Position numbers and translations under genes: made by a program | IMG/VR virus record: IMGVR_UViG_3300025131_000004 | DNA: 64,000 nt | Strand: one strand, 5' to 3' | Origin: a virus | Lineage: Duplodnaviria > Heunggongvirae > Uroviricota > Caudoviricetes | Notes under the pieces: generated by a model | Told to the model about the DNA's origin: nothing | The model's input: the letters and a program-made list of their open reading frames with translations, nothing else | Database searches by the model: none | Shown here: one piece after another, positions 27,712 through 37,391 of the stretch | Numbering within the stretch: the first letter of the stretch is position 1 | Layout: every line of letters begins with the position of its first letter

Positions 27712-28375
27712 TGATGGCAGTCTCTGCTCGTTTTCTGTGGTGTGGGATTGTCAGCTTGGTATCACAGACATAAAGAGCTCTGTATATCTCTCTCATGTCA
27801 CTCTGTGATGTGATGTAAAGTTTTGTAGAAGGCCCCTCATGTATAGCGAGCTTTCCTATGCATCCGATGCTCTGAGCCCACGTCTTGAATTCTTCTACCG
27901 CTCTGGTGCTTTGTGCACATATGTATAGATACCAGTGCCTACCCTTTCCCTTGCTCCACGAGCCTGCGGCCTCCAACCAGCCTCTGATAAGGTCCGGATG
28001 AAACCTCTTTGGCACTTCTTGAAAGGGAAAGAGATATGCTCTTTTGGTTCCGATTCCAAGAGCTCTGAGCCTGGTCTCCAGACCGGTGACCTTCACTCTG
28101 ATTCTGAAGTGATCTACATTAAGCGCACTTCGTTTGTCACGAGTCACCACCCCTTTGTAATCAAGGATTTCTTTATAGATATTGATGAGTTGTTTATCCC
28201 GGCTAGGGATATAGATAGTTAGATAGGTGTTACCACGATCATGGTTCAATCCACCCTTGCCACCTAGGTAACCTAGTACCCAGGCCTTAGCCGCAGAGTC
28301 GATTGTATCGAAGAATGAAGTATCCCAACGTTCTTGCACACTTATAGATCCTAAAAGCCACAACATATGATTCAC
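27689..28375 (-). CDS. LAGLIDADG-family (two-motif) endonuclease-like protein, catalytic acids substituted; possible start GTG 28339
   Basis: FFDTIDSAAKAWVLGYLGGKG and HPDLIRGWLEAAGSW; the only antisense gene; ends TAG TAA. Confidence 0.75.
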   Translation of the reverse strand: MNHMLWLLGSISVQERWDTSFFDTIDSAAKAWVLGYLGGKGGLNHDRGNTYLTIYIPSRDKQLINIYKEILDYKGVVTRDKRSALNVDHFRIRVKVTGLETRLRALGIGTKRAYLFPFQEVPKRFHPDLIRGWLEAAGSWSKGKGRHWYLYICAQSTRAVEEFKTWAQSIGCIGKLAIHEGPSTKLYITSQSDMREIYRALYVCDTKLTIPHHRKRAETAIITALEEE

Positions 28376-28432
28376 AAACCGGGGTGGTTGGCTACTGACC
28401 CATGTTATTGGTACCTGACTGCGGGGAATATT

Positions 28433-29164
28433 ATGACCGTCTTCAACACTTTAGATCCAAGCTTGCTAACACGAGCAACACAAATACTTGAAGGTCTGGA
28501 CGGCTCCCACGCTACAGTTGCATGGCCCATTGCTGACAATGAGCCGGATCGACTGAGAAGTCCACAGCCTGTCAAAAACTTAACTGAGTTTTACGAGCTT
28601 GTCAATGCTGCAGTCGCAGACAAGCTTACCAGAGATGGTGACGCAAAGAGGCTATTATTTAGAGAGGACTTCTCAGACGACCCCGACGACATCGATCGTG
28701 AGATCGTTACGTTCGGACTTCAGAAGAGGCTACCTGGTATCGCAGAGCAGACTCCTAACCCAGTTAAGAGAAACGCTCTGAGAATGAGAAAGCCGATTCT
28801 TAGAGAAATAAGAACCGACCCTGCAAACCCCAAGTACAGGGTGTTTGTTCATGGGCAATGGTTCGACAACTTCGTCCAGTTTACTTGCTGGGCAAGAGAA
28901 AACAAGATCGCCAATCGCCGTGCGTTATGGTTCGAAGATCTGATGTTTGAATATGAGTGGTTCTTCAGAGCCGCTGGTGTTTCCATGCTCCGTTATGAGG
29001 GCAGGGGAGCAGACACATTCAAAGACACACATCAGAGAAAGATCGTCGGGAGACCGATGACCTGGCTTGTTCGAACAGAGAGAATAGTCGTTACACACGA
29101 AAAGACTCTCGAAGAGATAGCAATTAAAACGCATGTAATGCAGCGCTTTGGCAGGGAGAGCTAA
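28433..29164 (+). CDS. Putative tail completion/terminator protein; likely start ATG 28433
   Basis: Directly before the sheath; GQWFDNFVQFTCWARENKIANRRALWFEDLM..R..TWLVRTE pattern. Confidence 0.55.
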   Translation: MTVFNTLDPSLLTRATQILEGLDGSHATVAWPIADNEPDRLRSPQPVKNLTEFYELVNAAVADKLTRDGDAKRLLFREDFSDDPDDIDREIVTFGLQKRLPGIAEQTPNPVKRNALRMRKPILREIRTDPANPKYRVFVHGQWFDNFVQFTCWARENKIANRRALWFEDLMFEYEWFFRAAGVSMLRYEGRGADTFKDTHQRKIVGRPMTWLVRTERIVVTHEKTLEEIAIKTHVMQRFGRES

Positions 29165-29167
29165 AAA

Positions 29168-32100
29168 ATGGCAGCATTTGTAGATCCTTTTGCAAACCTA
29201 CCTGGCATCGTAGTCCAGAAGCAAGACGGAAACCTAAACCCATTCAGGCAGAAGGAAGGCCCAGTTACAGTAATTATTGGGACCTCTCCATCTGGACCGG
29301 CCAATACTTTGGTTGAGGTAGACAGAGTATCAGAGGCGCTTGCGCTATTCGGTACCACAGGAACCCTAGGAAGAGGTCTCACTGAGGCATCTCAGGGCGG
29401 CGCAGACAACCTAGCGGCATTCCGTATCGGAGCCGAAGCAGCACTCCTACGTCACGTTGGTGACCACGCTGGAGCAGCGGGCATCACTATCGAAACAGTA
29501 GACGCAGACGGTTCTGTCGCAGATGACTTCAGTGTTCTTTATGAGGACGCGGATGTCGTATCCGAGAATGGAGCTGTCTTTACCAAGACCACAAACATCA
29601 AGAGGCTTAGAATCTATGACTCAGCCGGTGTTCTTATCTATGACAACGACCCCGTCGGTGGTGTCGTAGTCGATTCCGGAGACGTCCTTGTCTCTGGCAC
29701 AGCACCAATCACACTTCAAGGTCCTTCTATCGGAAATGACATTGTGGGTCGAGCAGTCGATCAGCACAATGGATTCCTGGATACCAGTGACCTAGACGCA
29801 TTCACCTCAGCAGGGGCACGATTCGATTCAATGGGCTTCAATGCTGCTACGGCACCGATGAAGCTTCTTATCGACAAGTCTCTCGACACATGGGAAGAGA
29901 TCAATATCATTGGCGTGACAGGACAGGATCAACTAGATCTTCTTGCTCCTGGACTGCCAGCAGCTTCCGACTGTGAAGAGACTGCAGGTATCACTGGTGA
30001 AGACGATGAGATCACGAATCAGCCATTAGCGGCAGACACTCTACAGATCAACGGTCAGGGGGCCGCGGGTAACGGACTTCTTCAGGTCACGGTTTATGGA
30101 ATCAACATTGTAAACGGCGTGCCGATCGCTGTCTCTGAGACCTTGGCTGTCGGAGCTGCCGGAGTTGTAGGAGCAGTTGGAACGGTAAGCTTCACAACGG
30201 TAACCGGAGCAGAGCTCGATGGAACTGCCGCAGGCATCCTTGGCGTAGGTGGAGTCATCGTTGAGCGCTCAGGCTCTGGAGAGGACCTAATCAGATTCGT
30301 CGCAGCAGACGGTTTGAACCCAATCATGGGTCTAGATCGCGCTCCCGGCATCAACCTCTTTGGTGGCGTAGGTGTACAGGTCGACGCAGGTGCGGCAGGA
30401 ACAAGCTGTGTCGTTCGTGGTCCTAGCATCACTCCACTTCTGACAATGCCAGGAGCAGCAGCAGCCGTGACGCTGAACAGCTCAAGTGCAGCAGACAATG
30501 GAAAGGTAGCTACAGTGTTTGGTTACAATGCAGCCGGAGATCCAATCTCCGAGGCAGAGACTCTGAACAATGGAGCTTCTCCATCCACAGGAGCGCTCTT
30601 CGCATCAATCACTGGTATCGCAGTCGACCATCAGCTTACCGGAACTCTACAGCTAGAGTCTCCAGCAGCAACCTCTTTGGGCGCATCGGTACTTATGGCA
30701 GCAGCAAGCAGAGAGTTGAACATCGTAACTGACGTTCTTGCTCTGACAGCAGTCGCAGACGAGGCAGGCCTTGTTAGTGGAACCGCAAAGTTCTCTAACA
30801 TCTGGCAGGTCGAGCTCGGTGACATCCCAGTAGCACGTACAGTGATCTTCCGTAAGCTAAGGATGTACAGAATCGTCAGCAGAAGTGTTGGCGAGACGAT
30901 GAGCGTTTGCCAGTTCGCAAACGATGGACATGCATCTACCAGCTTCTTGGCAGCAGACACGACAACCGGTCGTGGTATTACAACCTCTGCAGCGTTACAG
31001 CCAGGAGCAGACGGACTGGCTCCGGACAAGGAGAAGCTCTTCGAGCTCCTTCAGGAGGCATACCGCAACCTTGAAACCGCACCTATCGACATCTGTGTTC
31101 CAATGGACGTCTACCTAGACGACCTGAACATCGGTGATGATGCCAGCCTCGTAAGAAGCTTGGCCACAGGCGCAGACGGACAGTTCCTTGCGACCCCCAA
31201 CTCTGACGCAGACGCATTCGGTAGACTCTTGGTCTTCCGTGCTGCAACTGGATCCTTCCAGGCCACTTTGGGAATTGCAGGACCTAACCAGGCGACTCTG
31301 GTTATCACAGAGGCGACCTTCCAGGAGGGTGGAGTCGATGTTCGCAGATCAGCAAAGGTGATCGCAGCAGGAGACCTCAACGGTCTTTCTCTGGACACCG
31401 CGCTTACTCTGGACAGGCCACTTCTGACTCTCACTCAGTCCAACTTGGATTGGGAGTTGATTGGAAATGGTGCCTTCGGCACACAGCCTCTCGCTTCTGA
31501 TCACCTAAGATACTTCCGTCAGTACAAGCTGAATGGAGAGTGGCTCTATGAGTGGCATCACGAAGCAGACAAGCTGGACGTTGACGGAGATCTCTATGCT
31601 GAGGTCAACTTCGGTTACCAGCTAGCAAACTTCTGCTACCAGCTGAGCACCAATGACAACAACACCCTTGGCGTCATCGGAGTGAACGTCTGGGACTCCA
31701 AGAGAAAGCAGGATATCGATCTTTGGATCGGAACTGCTCCGGTCTTGGATGCAACAGGAGCGGTCGCTACAAACGGCACCGGTCTTCTAGGTAACAAGTA
31801 TCTCTCAGGTCAGACTGGCTGGACAAGAGGTATGTTTGCAGTTACAGGAGATGACCTGGCCAACTACCCAGATAGCGTCGACATCATTGTTGACACGAAC
31901 GGAAACAGTGTTGATATCGGAAGGTCTCTCAGTGTAGTAGCTGCATGGCCTAACTTCATCAACACCTTCGACGCAACCGGATTCGGCTATGTCGCTTCTG
32001 GAGCACCGGTCTACGGTGGTAGGGTCTCGAAGCTAGATCCTCACTCAGCACCAACGAACAAGATTCTTGGACGAGGTGTCAGGATGCCAATCAGGCTGAA

Positions 32101-32503
32101 GAAGAACGACAGGAACTCTTTGGCTGGCAATAGGCTGGTCTGGTTCGATGTCAGAGACAAGGGAACAACGGTGGACGACGCTCCGACCGCTTCCCTAGCC
32201 ACCTCTGACTATGCTAGACTGACAACCATCAGAATCGTCAACGCAGCAGTTGACGAGGTTAGAAATGTAGCAGAGCCGTTCATCGGTGAAGCGCATACCG
32301 CAGCTGTAAGGGCAGCCCTTAAGACTGCGATTGATAAGAGACTTTCCGAGTTGCAGAAGCTTGGAATGCTCAGAAGATATGAAACGGCCGTCTCAGCGAC
32401 GCCGACTCAGCAGATTCTGGGACAGGCGACTATCGAATTAGTCCTAGTACCAGCATTCGAGCTAAGAAAGATCAACGTTCTGATCTCTCTGGCCGCAGAG
32501 TAA
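29168..32503 (+). CDS. Tail sheath protein with large insertion domains
   Basis: N-term PGIVVQKQDG..GPVTVIIGTSPSGP; C-term SDYARLTTIRIVN..PFIGE..ATIELVLVPAFELRKINV. Confidence 0.9.
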   Translation: MAAFVDPFANLPGIVVQKQDGNLNPFRQKEGPVTVIIGTSPSGPANTLVEVDRVSEALALFGTTGTLGRGLTEASQGGADNLAAFRIGAEAALLRHVGDHAGAAGITIETVDADGSVADDFSVLYEDADVVSENGAVFTKTTNIKRLRIYDSAGVLIYDNDPVGGVVVDSGDVLVSGTAPITLQGPSIGNDIVGRAVDQHNGFLDTSDLDAFTSAGARFDSMGFNAATAPMKLLIDKSLDTWEEINIIGVTGQDQLDLLAPGLPAASDCEETAGITGEDDEITNQPLAADTLQINGQGAAGNGLLQVTVYGINIVNGVPIAVSETLAVGAAGVVGAVGTVSFTTVTGAELDGTAAGILGVGGVIVERSGSGEDLIRFVAADGLNPIMGLDRAPGINLFGGVGVQVDAGAAGTSCVVRGPSITPLLTMPGAAAAVTLNSSSAADNGKVATVFGYNAAGDPISEAETLNNGASPSTGALFASITGIAVDHQLTGTLQLESPAATSLGASVLMAAASRELNIVTDVLALTAVADEAGLVSGTAKFSNIWQVELGDIPVARTVIFRKLRMYRIVSRSVGETMSVCQFANDGHASTSFLAADTTTGRGITTSAALQPGADGLAPDKEKLFELLQEAYRNLETAPIDICVPMDVYLDDLNIGDDASLVRSLATGADGQFLATPNSDADAFGRLLVFRAATGSFQATLGIAGPNQATLVITEATFQEGGVDVRRSAKVIAAGDLNGLSLDTALTLDRPLLTLTQSNLDWELIGNGAFGTQPLASDHLRYFRQYKLNGEWLYEWHHEADKLDVDGDLYAEVNFGYQLANFCYQLSTNDNNTLGVIGVNVWDSKRKQDIDLWIGTAPVLDATGAVATNGTGLLGNKYLSGQTGWTRGMFAVTGDDLANYPDSVDIIVDTNGNSVDIGRSLSVVAAWPNFINTFDATGFGYVASGAPVYGGRVSKLDPHSAPTNKILGRGVRMPIRLKKNDRNSLAGNRLVWFDVRDKGTTVDDAPTASLATSDYARLTTIRIVNAAVDEVRNVAEPFIGEAHTAAVRAALKTAIDKRLSELQKLGMLRRYETAVSATPTQQILGQATIELVLVPAFELRKINVLISLAAE

Positions 32504-32517
32504 TGGAGATTAAGTAA

Positions 32518-33195
32518 ATGGCATCACCAGCAATCGCACAATATAACCGAGCATACAATTCCTTTTCAGGAGTTGATATCAAGGCGGTTTTCGGCAACAA
32601 GCCCGTAGCGGACCTACAGGCAATCAGCTATAGCATCACCAGGGAAAAAGCCCCTATCTATACAATGGGAAGTGCAGACCCACGTTCGTTCTCAAGAGCG
32701 AAGCGTGGCATCGCAGGCACATTGATCTTCATTGTCTTTGATAGGCATGGGCTTATCGATCTGATGGGACCGAAGGGAATGAACGCGAAGTTCATGGCTG
32801 ACAACGATGATCTTCGAGGTGACTTCGGAGAAGGTACAAACATCGCTCCAGGCGTTGGAGCGGTATCGGACTTGTCTAGCAACAACATTCAGGCACCATT
32901 CGCAGATCAGGAGTCTGCCATTCAGACCTCCAATGGAGACCAGACCCCGACGAACCCATGGTTCTCGGACCAGATTCCTCCATTCGATGTGACACTCGCA
33001 GCTAACAACGAGTATGGAGCATCTGCCAAGATGGCTATCCTAGGACTGGAGATTCTCAATGAGGGCTCTGGATTCTCAATCGATGACATTGTCATCGAGC
33101 AGCAGATGACTTATGTATGCCGTACGCTGATTCCTTGGCAGAAGATCGACTTTGATCCTCGCGTAGGTATCAGAGGCGGAGCGGTCATTAAGTAA
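32518..33195 (+). CDS. Tail tube protein
   Basis: Follows the sheath; SFSGVDI..LQAISYSITREKAPIYTMGS..RGIAGTLIF..PPFDV..EQQMTYVCR. Confidence 0.8.
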   Translation: MASPAIAQYNRAYNSFSGVDIKAVFGNKPVADLQAISYSITREKAPIYTMGSADPRSFSRAKRGIAGTLIFIVFDRHGLIDLMGPKGMNAKFMADNDDLRGDFGEGTNIAPGVGAVSDLSSNNIQAPFADQESAIQTSNGDQTPTNPWFSDQIPPFDVTLAANNEYGASAKMAILGLEILNEGSGFSIDDIVIEQQMTYVCRTLIPWQKIDFDPRVGIRGGAVIK

Positions 33196-33229
33196 GACTT
33201 GATCCAAATTCGGGATGGGATTAAGATAG

Positions 33230-33265
33230 AGGCACTCGCGTTCATCGTGGGTGCCTTTATTTTTT
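33230..33265 (+). terminator. Rho-independent terminator after the tail tube gene
   Basis: AGGCACTCGCG-TTCAT-CGTGGGTGCCT stem followed by TTATTTTTT. Confidence 0.8.
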
Positions 33266-33274
33266 GGAGTACAC

Positions 33275-34051
33275 ATGGCCACCTTTAATATGTTCAATCC
33301 CCCTCTTACTGCACGGCAGCAGATTCTATTTAGAGGCAGGGACCTGACAAAGCAAGACCTAGAACTTCTTAATAGCACAAATCCGAATGCCATAAATAAT
33401 CTTGAAGCATTCAAGAAGCTTGGTCTTAGACACACCTCTTACTCAGGAGTAGATATCAGGGCGGTCGTCCATGTGGCAGGTGGCAGGCTCAAAGAGATCG
33501 CCACACTCCAATCCCTATCCGTATCCTCCTTCAGAGACAAGCGGCAGGTCCGTGCTCTCGGTACGGTCTATGACAAGGGCGTCACTCGAGGCCCACGTAC
33601 TATCGCAGGCACCATGATCTTTACTGTCTTCGAGGAGTCTGCCTTGGCAGAGATCCTCAGAGTACACAAAGGTGACATGGATAGAGCGGCTCCTCATACA
33701 GGATCCAACCTCCGCTATGCCATGATGGACCAACTCCCTCCCTTCGACGTAACCGTCAACTTCATGAACGAGTATGGCTTCGGCTCACGTATGTCCATCC
33801 TCGGATGTGAGCTCCACTCAGAGGGGCAGGTCATGTCTATCGAGGATATCCTTACAGAACAGACCGTTCAGTACACAGCAAGGAACATGGTCTTTATGCA
33901 CTCGACTGATGACGAGTCTCTTCGTAGAGATGGCGGGCTCGCCAAGGACGCACCGAACCAAATCACATTCGACAGCATACTCAGAAGCAAGCAAGACGAT
34001 CTTGGTGATACTCTTAAGACCCTACGAAGGGTAAGGAACTCGTTTAGATAA
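33275..34051 (+). CDS. Tail-tube paralog (probable tube initiator); likely start ATG 33275
   Basis: SYSGVDI..LQSLSVS..RTIAGTMIF..DQLPPFDV..NEYG..EQTVQYTAR aligns with the tube gene. Confidence 0.75.
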   Translation: MATFNMFNPPLTARQQILFRGRDLTKQDLELLNSTNPNAINNLEAFKKLGLRHTSYSGVDIRAVVHVAGGRLKEIATLQSLSVSSFRDKRQVRALGTVYDKGVTRGPRTIAGTMIFTVFEESALAEILRVHKGDMDRAAPHTGSNLRYAMMDQLPPFDVTVNFMNEYGFGSRMSILGCELHSEGQVMSIEDILTEQTVQYTARNMVFMHSTDDESLRRDGGLAKDAPNQITFDSILRSKQDDLGDTLKTLRRVRNSFR

Positions 34052-34932
34052 TGGCAGATAGAGCAAAGCCACCAGTCGGGACACCACAGGTAGTCTCTCC
34101 TGAAGCACCCCTAAAGAAGACGAGCGCAGAGAAGAAGCAGGACCAGCAGCTTGCTCTGCTTTCCCCAGCCAAGCGAGCGGAACTCATTTCTTCTGGTCAC
34201 ACCATTGAGCCACCATGGCCCAATAAGAAAGAGCAGTTCGACTACTACTGTGGTTCTCAGGCTTCTGTCTACTTCCAGGAGGTGCTCATTGATGAGTGCG
34301 CCTATGTCGGGTTCAACCGTAGCGCCGCAAAGATCCCAATCTATGGATACTCAGGAAGAAAGTACTGCACTGTGGCACAAGGACCCATCTCTGTAACAGG
34401 CTCCTTCGGCGTCAACTTCAAAGACGCAGGGTATCTGTTTGTCATTCAAGCCTACCTACAATCAAGACACGATAGAGCTACCGGTAGACCTGGTACTCTC
34501 AACGCAACAAAATCAAGAGACCTAGAAGCTAGAGCACAGACCATCGAGAACGTACTTCACGTACGAAGAAATCCACAGATTGGTCTACGTAACCCTGGCG
34601 ATCATACAGGACAGTCTTATATTAATAAGATCAATCAATTGGACGACCGAGAGTTCGAGCTCTTGGCGGAAGACTTTGAGAAGGTTGTGTGGGGAACGGG
34701 TGAGGGAAGCACCATCACTGCGAAACTTAGCGATGTTGCAAAGAAGACAGCGCCGGACGAGTTCCCTGCCTTTGACATTTTTCTTGTTTTCGGTAATCCT
34801 GATGATCCAGAAGCCAACTTTACAGTAAAGAGGATACAAGAGGTTGAGCTTACAGGAAGTAGAATGGAATATGGTATCGATGGTCAGCCGATCATAGAAC
34901 ATTACAGCTTTTTGGCCCGTGACGTGATCTAA
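34051..34932 (+). CDS. Third tail-tube-fold protein (baseplate-proximal)
   Basis: YYCGSQASVYF..KIPIYGYS..VTGSFGVNF..FDIFLVFG..IIEHYSFLARD. Confidence 0.6.
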   Translation: MADRAKPPVGTPQVVSPEAPLKKTSAEKKQDQQLALLSPAKRAELISSGHTIEPPWPNKKEQFDYYCGSQASVYFQEVLIDECAYVGFNRSAAKIPIYGYSGRKYCTVAQGPISVTGSFGVNFKDAGYLFVIQAYLQSRHDRATGRPGTLNATKSRDLEARAQTIENVLHVRRNPQIGLRNPGDHTGQSYINKINQLDDREFELLAEDFEKVVWGTGEGSTITAKLSDVAKKTAPDEFPAFDIFLVFGNPDDPEANFTVKRIQEVELTGSRMEYGIDGQPIIEHYSFLARDVI

Positions 34933-34968
34933 TTGACAGAGTGCTCCACGATATGATATCCATATCAG

Positions 34969-35730
34969 ATGGGAACTAAACTATGTACCAAATGCGGTAC
35001 TGAAAAATCAATTGAAGACTTCTCTCGAAGGAGAGCTCGTCCGTCAGGACGCATGTCCCAATGTAAGGAGTGTGTTCTTGCATACAAAAGAGAAAGATAC
35101 AGAACGAATGAAGGGGCAAGGAAGAGCAATCTGCTTCGGCAGCGCTATTCAAGGATAGAGAATCCCTGTGTCTCTTTGGACGAGTTCAGAGAACTCTATG
35201 CTACCCAAAAAATCTGTGCTGTTTGCGAGGGTGATCTATGGAAGAAGAAAGAAGTAATCCCTAGAGAGAATCCAGACGGAAGTAAAAAATTATACTGTTC
35301 ATTTTGTGTCTCTAGACCAGAGGGTAAGTTTTGTAGTAAATGTGAAATGACAAAGCCACTGAAGGATTTTTTTAAGAAAAAGAATCATGCGGGCGAGTTG
35401 GGCCCTTGGTGTAAGACATGCAAGAAGACATTTGCTAATGATTGGCGCCACCATCCAGACGTTAAGCCAAGAAGGCTTAAAAGAGAACGATGGTATAGAA
35501 TTAAAATGAAGTATGGCCTGACCAAAGAGGAATATCTCGAGATTGAGATAGGTCAGGATGGTAAGTGTAAGATTTGTAGAGTCTCTTTTGAAGAGATCAA
35601 ACCTTGTGTTGACCATGATCACGAAACCGGTGAGATCCGTGGGTTGTTATGCAATAACTGCAACACCGCACTTGGTCTTGCCAAGGAATCAATTAGTACT
35701 TTAGGTAGTATGATTGAGTATTTACAATAA
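34969..35730 (+). CDS. Free-standing endonuclease VII-type homing endonuclease with two CxxC zinc-ribbon repeats
   Basis: KLCTKCGTEK..F, KFCSKCEMTK..F; KYGLT..CKIC..VDHDHETGEIRGLLCNNCNTALG; AT-rich. Confidence 0.88.
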   Translation: MGTKLCTKCGTEKSIEDFSRRRARPSGRMSQCKECVLAYKRERYRTNEGARKSNLLRQRYSRIENPCVSLDEFRELYATQKICAVCEGDLWKKKEVIPRENPDGSKKLYCSFCVSRPEGKFCSKCEMTKPLKDFFKKKNHAGELGPWCKTCKKTFANDWRHHPDVKPRRLKRERWYRIKMKYGLTKEEYLEIEIGQDGKCKICRVSFEEIKPCVDHDHETGEIRGLLCNNCNTALGLAKESISTLGSMIEYLQ

Positions 35731-35745
35731 AAAGGAGAACACTAT

Positions 35746-36720
35746 ATGTCACTCAACCCTGAGGGACTAAAGGACTTGGTAGAAAGAGCGGAGATATCTA
35801 AGCAGTCAGTCAATAAAACGATGACAGACACAGCCCTTGCATCTGAGATTGATGCAGAGAGCGCTGTCATGGAATCAAGAAAGATGGCAGGAGCCATCAG
35901 TGGAGCCGTAGGCAAATGTCCTCAGTGCTCACCTGAGCCCTGCGACTGCGACCGCGAGCTGTCAGGTCCTGGAACCCAATCCATCCTTCCCTTGGAAGCA
36001 CAGTCCGATGGAAATCTATACGAGACAGAAGCATTCAAAGGCTGGAAGGCAGCCCAAGGGAAGACCCCGAAACTAAAGAGGAAAAGTATGACTACTACAT
36101 CAGTACAAGAAGAAGTAAAGGAAGAGAAGAAGAGAGCGGGAGGCTTGCCCTCCAATCCAGAGCCCATTACGGCTTGGGCTCCCGAGTTCTCAGAAGAGGA
36201 GGTCCTTGAGACTCCGCCGCTTCCAGCGGTCGGTGGTCCAGCAGGACCCTCTGCTCATCAAGCATTCAGACAACAGAAGGCTGAAGAGGATGAGGCTGCA
36301 GAAGAAGAGATTGATCCACTTGATTATATCCAAACGAACTTCGAAGGCGCTCCCTCCAATGGAGAGATCGAGCTTTGGAGACAGCGTCATGGAGACGTGT
36401 TCGTCACCTTGCTGACAGACGATGAGGTATTCATCTGGAGAACCATCAAGAGATTGGAATACAAGAACGTAATGTCCATGGTGGCGACAGCCGGTCTGGC
36501 AATGGCGAAGACTCAGAACGCAGCTGCGAATGCAGATGAGGGAAGAAACGCACTGTTCATCGAAGAGATTGCAAAGAAGTGTGTTCTCTGGCCACAGATT
36601 GATCAGAACCAACTGACATTCTCAAAGGCAGGAACCATGGATGCTTTGGCAAACCTGATTCTAGAGGCTAGTAATTTTATCCCGCACAGTTTGGCCATGC
36701 GGCTCACGAGAAAAATATAA
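35746..36720 (+). CDS. Tail assembly chaperone with long disordered N-terminus
   Basis: C-domain WRQRHGDVF..FIWRTIKRLEY..KCVLWP..AGTMDALANLILEASNF; sits between tube and TMP-like genes. Confidence 0.65.
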   Translation: MSLNPEGLKDLVERAEISKQSVNKTMTDTALASEIDAESAVMESRKMAGAISGAVGKCPQCSPEPCDCDRELSGPGTQSILPLEAQSDGNLYETEAFKGWKAAQGKTPKLKRKSMTTTSVQEEVKEEKKRAGGLPSNPEPITAWAPEFSEEEVLETPPLPAVGGPAGPSAHQAFRQQKAEEDEAAEEEIDPLDYIQTNFEGAPSNGEIELWRQRHGDVFVTLLTDDEVFIWRTIKRLEYKNVMSMVATAGLAMAKTQNAAANADEGRNALFIEEIAKKCVLWPQIDQNQLTFSKAGTMDALANLILEASNFIPHSLAMRLTRKI

Positions 36721-36731
36721 GGGGTGTTAGA

Positions 36732-37388
36732 ATGTTACTCAAGGACTTAAGATCTAAGAGTGGGATCTACAGCTTAACCTTTGGAAAAGACAAACAGTAC
36801 ATCGGAAGTGCCGTAGATCTCTACCGTAGGTTCTATCACCACCTGCCAGATCTTAGACACAACAAACATTATAATGCTCATCTTCAAAATGCTTTTAATA
36901 AGTATGGAGAAGAGAAGCTTGACTTCAAGGTCTTGTTTTTTTGTGATCTAAAGAGTCTGATCTTCTATGAGCAGAGAGCGATCGATGCTCATGATTGGAG
37001 CAAGCTGTATAATTTGAGTCCGACTGCAGATTCCCCATTGGGAACGAAGCATACAGAAGAGTCTAAGAGACGAATGTCTAAAGCAGCTAAAGGAAGAGTT
37101 CCATGGAACAAAGGAGTCCCATGTTCTGAAGAGCAAAGGCGTGCAGTGTCCAAAGCTAACAAGGGTAACCAGGTCTGGTTGGGCCGCTCACATTCTGATG
37201 AAACTAGAAAGAAGATGAGCGCTGCTGCTCTTGGACGACCATCTAGAAACAGGAAGTCGGTCAGGATTGGCTCTGAGACTTTTGAGACTACCAAGGCAGC
37301 TGCTAAAGCTCATTCTGTCAGTGACGGTCTAGTTCGCTATCGAGTAAAGTCTCAGAGCCCCAAATACTCCGACTGCCAATGGGCATAA
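36732..37388 (+). CDS. GIY-YIG homing endonuclease with NUMOD3 repeats
   Basis: SGIYSL..YIGSAVDLYRRFYHH..LQNAFNKYG..E..YN; HTEESKRRMS and HSDETRKKMS. Confidence 0.92.
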   Translation: MLLKDLRSKSGIYSLTFGKDKQYIGSAVDLYRRFYHHLPDLRHNKHYNAHLQNAFNKYGEEKLDFKVLFFCDLKSLIFYEQRAIDAHDWSKLYNLSPTADSPLGTKHTEESKRRMSKAAKGRVPWNKGVPCSEEQRRAVSKANKGNQVWLGRSHSDETRKKMSAAALGRPSRNRKSVRIGSETFETTKAAAKAHSVSDGLVRYRVKSQSPKYSDCQWA

Positions 37389-37391
37389 TGT

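Noticed and set aside
34933-34962. Sigma70 promoter before the second EndoVII gene
   Set aside because: There is a perfect TTGACA, but no good -10 at 16-18 nt spacing (TATGAT is only 13 nt away).
36675-36731. Programmed -1 frameshift at the end of the first tail chaperone
   Set aside because: No canonical slippery heptamer (GAGAAAAATA is imperfect), and a shift would enter the endonuclease rather than the second chaperone.
36721-37391. Group I intron around the GIY-YIG/NUMOD3 gene
   Set aside because: Only 11 nt and 3 nt flank the ORF, leaving no room for a ribozyme core, and both neighbours have their own start and stop.
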